From: Candidatus Latescibacterota bacterium
GTDB taxonomy: Bacteria; Latescibacterota; CBDEFO01
Direction of reading: 5' to 3'
DNA length: 64,000 bases
Assembly: GCA_965237525.1 (NCBI GenBank)
Contig: CBDEFO010000008.1
Coordinates: forward strand, 1,824,001-1,888,000
Shown here: positions 61,857 through 64,000 of the stretch, piece by piece
Numbering within the stretch: position 1 is the stretch's first letter
How the letters are laid out: every line of letters starts with the position of its first letter
Translations under genes and position numbers: made by a program
The notes under the pieces: model-generated
Told to the model about the DNA's origin: nothing
What the model saw: only the letters and a program-made list of their open reading frames with translations
The model's database searches: none

Positions 61857-63701
61857 ATGCCCGGTAGAATAAAGATACTCCCACTGAGCCTGTCCAACAA
61901 GATAGCAGCAGGGGAAGTTGTCGAACGCCCCGCCTCTGTCGTCAAGGAACTGATCGAAAACTCGATAGATGCAGGCGCCTTGAGGATAAGTGTAGAGGTG
62001 GCGGCTGGCGGCAAGCAGGCAATAAGGGTCTCCGACGACGGAACTGGAATGTCCAAAGACGAGGTTGCCCTGGCGTTAGCACGCCACGCCACAAGCAAGA
62101 TTTCATCTGAGTCCGATCTGGAGTCTATAGTCTCACTTGGATTCAGGGGCGAAGCTCTGTCCAGCATGGCCTCCGTCTCCAAGATGGCAGTCGAATCGCG
62201 CTCTTCCGAAGACCCTACAGGGACAAAGGTGGTCGCAGAAGGGGGAAGGATCAAAGCTATAGAGGACGTGGGCAGAGATACAGGAACCACTGTAACTGTA
62301 AGCCGACTCTTTTACAACACTCCTGCAAGGAGAAAATTTCTGAAAGGCACCGACACTGAGATGAGGCACATCACTCGCACTGTAGCCGATCTTGCTCTGG
62401 CCTATCCGGAAATAGGTTTTACGCTCATGCACAGCCGCAGAGAGATATTCCGCCTTCTAAGAGGCTCAAACGTCAACAAGAGAGTCGAAGATATCTTCGG
62501 GAGTTCCGTAATGAAGCGAACGGTGCCCCTGTGCCTTGACGGAAAAGGCGTCGCCATCGAGGGCTTCATCGGCGATCCGGAGATAGCGAGGAACTCCAGA
62601 TTGCATCAGGCTATATTTGTGAACAGGAGACCCATAACCAGTAAGACCCTTAACCACGCTATCTATGCCGCCTACGAGGGCCTCCTTCCCAAAGACAGCC
62701 ACCCATTCTTTGCCGTCTTTTTCCAGATAGACCCCAGATACGTGGACGTCAACGTTCATCCCGCAAAAAGAGGGGTGCGCTTCTCAGATGATCAAAAAGT
62801 CCACGATGCTCTATACGAATGTGTAAGGTCAGCCCTCTCTACCGGAGGGCTGATCCCCCAGATGGACATTCCTCAAGTCCAGGAACCCCGTGCTTCCAGC
62901 CCACCTGTGCGTGACACACAGACAGAGTCGTCCCCCGTATACGAAAAGCAGAACCGAGAGCTCTTTGGGTCGAAGCTGGACGAGGCGCCCCAAGAATACC
63001 TACAATCTGATCTCTCCCCCAAGAAGGATCTGAGCTCTCAGTTCTCTCTACCCCTATCCAGCGCAGAAAAGGTCCTCAGGTCTTCGGTTTCGAAACCTCA
63101 AGAAGAGGAGATATACCACACACCATCGGAGCACGCTGATGTCTCTTTATGGCAGCTCCACGAGAAATACATCTTCGCCCGCATCAAAAACGGACTCATA
63201 ATAGTCGATCAGCATGTCGCCCACGAGCGCATCATCTATGAGGAGACCTTGAAGAACTTAAGCGAAGCTCCCGCATCGGCACAGCAGCTGCTTTTACCTG
63301 TCACAATGGAGTTAGGGATAAAGGAGATCGAAGTTTTGATGGAGATCATCCCCCTCTTGGAGCAGATGGGATTCGGCATGAGAGACTTCGGAGGGAGAAC
63401 CGTAGTTATCGATGCTGTCCCCGCAGATATTATGAGCAATTGGGGCGATGGAGAGGTGTTGAAGGCCATTATAGACGATATAATCCAAGAGGGTCACCCC
63501 AAATCAGAGTACAAGGAAGAGCTAGCGGCCTCGTACGCCTGTCACACCTCCATAAAGGCTGGACAGGGTCTATCCACCGCGGAGATGCAGACCCTCATAG
63601 ACCGGCTCTTCGCCACGGAAAATCCCTTCATCTGTCCGCACGGACGCCCCATTGTGGTCAGAATGCCCATCGAAGAACTCGATAAGAGATTCGGAAGGTA
63701 A
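61857..63701 (+). CDS. mutL: DNA mismatch repair protein MutL
   Basis: IAAGEVVERPASVVKELIENSIDAGA, GFRGEAL, DVNVHP, DQHVAHER, CPHGRP. Confidence 0.98.
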   Translation: MPGRIKILPLSLSNKIAAGEVVERPASVVKELIENSIDAGALRISVEVAAGGKQAIRVSDDGTGMSKDEVALALARHATSKISSESDLESIVSLGFRGEALSSMASVSKMAVESRSSEDPTGTKVVAEGGRIKAIEDVGRDTGTTVTVSRLFYNTPARRKFLKGTDTEMRHITRTVADLALAYPEIGFTLMHSRREIFRLLRGSNVNKRVEDIFGSSVMKRTVPLCLDGKGVAIEGFIGDPEIARNSRLHQAIFVNRRPITSKTLNHAIYAAYEGLLPKDSHPFFAVFFQIDPRYVDVNVHPAKRGVRFSDDQKVHDALYECVRSALSTGGLIPQMDIPQVQEPRASSPPVRDTQTESSPVYEKQNRELFGSKLDEAPQEYLQSDLSPKKDLSSQFSLPLSSAEKVLRSSVSKPQEEEIYHTPSEHADVSLWQLHEKYIFARIKNGLIIVDQHVAHERIIYEETLKNLSEAPASAQQLLLPVTMELGIKEIEVLMEIIPLLEQMGFGMRDFGGRTVVIDAVPADIMSNWGDGEVLKAIIDDIIQEGHPKSEYKEELAASYACHTSIKAGQGLSTAEMQTLIDRLFATENPFICPHGRPIVVRMPIEELDKRFGR

Positions 63702-63762
63702 ACCGAGAGTTGTAGACAGGGAAACTCCTCTCCCGCCTGTCTACTCATTTGATAACCCCTGT

Positions 63763-64000
63763 ATGAGAAAACTTCCCCTGATAGTCGGCCCCACAGGAAT
63801 AGGCAAGACCGAACTTTCCCTTGAAATCGCAGATAGGCTCAAAGACGTTGAAATTGTCTGTGCCGACTCGCGACAGGTCTACAGGTACCTCAACGTAGGC
63901 ACGGGAAAACCTACGCAAGCCCAAATGTCTCAAGTTCCGCATCACTTCATAGATATATTCGATCCCGACTATACATACACTGCCGGGGTCTATGGGAAAG
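63763..64000 (+). CDS. miaA: tRNA dimethylallyltransferase, 5' part (runs off window)
   Basis: IVGPTGIGKT, ADSRQVY, GTGKP, VPHHFID; follows mutL. Confidence 0.93.
   Translation, partial: MRKLPLIVGPTGIGKTELSLEIADRLKDVEIVCADSRQVYRYLNVGTGKPTQAQMSQVPHHFIDIFDPDYTYTAGVYGK

Overview
Bacterial chromosomal window, probably from an uncultured diderm lineage (FCB-like, e.g. Latescibacteria-type; inferred from gene content only). Housekeeping blocks (nfo, phoH-HD-ybeY-corC, a MoxR/DUF58/DUF4159/DUF4175 cluster, mutL-miaA) are interleaved with decaying accessory genes, two IS1182 copies, IS3 and IS1595 remnants and several REP-like repeat families. Main finds: (1) a co-oriented cassette of tRNA-His, an enlarged archaeal-like HisRS, an archaeal EF-1alpha-like GTPase with altered aminoacyl-pocket residues, and divergent HisG and HisD (53.3-58.8 kb); (2) a probable 924-aa secreted selenoprotein (FG-GAP/ASPIC-UnbV plus thioredoxin) split in the ORF track at an in-frame UGA that is followed by a SECIS-like hairpin (35.5-38.3 kb); (3) an HU-domain/antitoxin fusion next to a RelE-like toxin, both now broken; (4) three paralogous 31-aa hydrophobic micro-ORFs beside a LysR gene; (5) a probable type II restriction-modification pair carried in a dead IS1595 element; (6) a peptidase-FtsX fusion plus OPT-like transporter pair. 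All family calls come from manual motif reading; no database searches were run.
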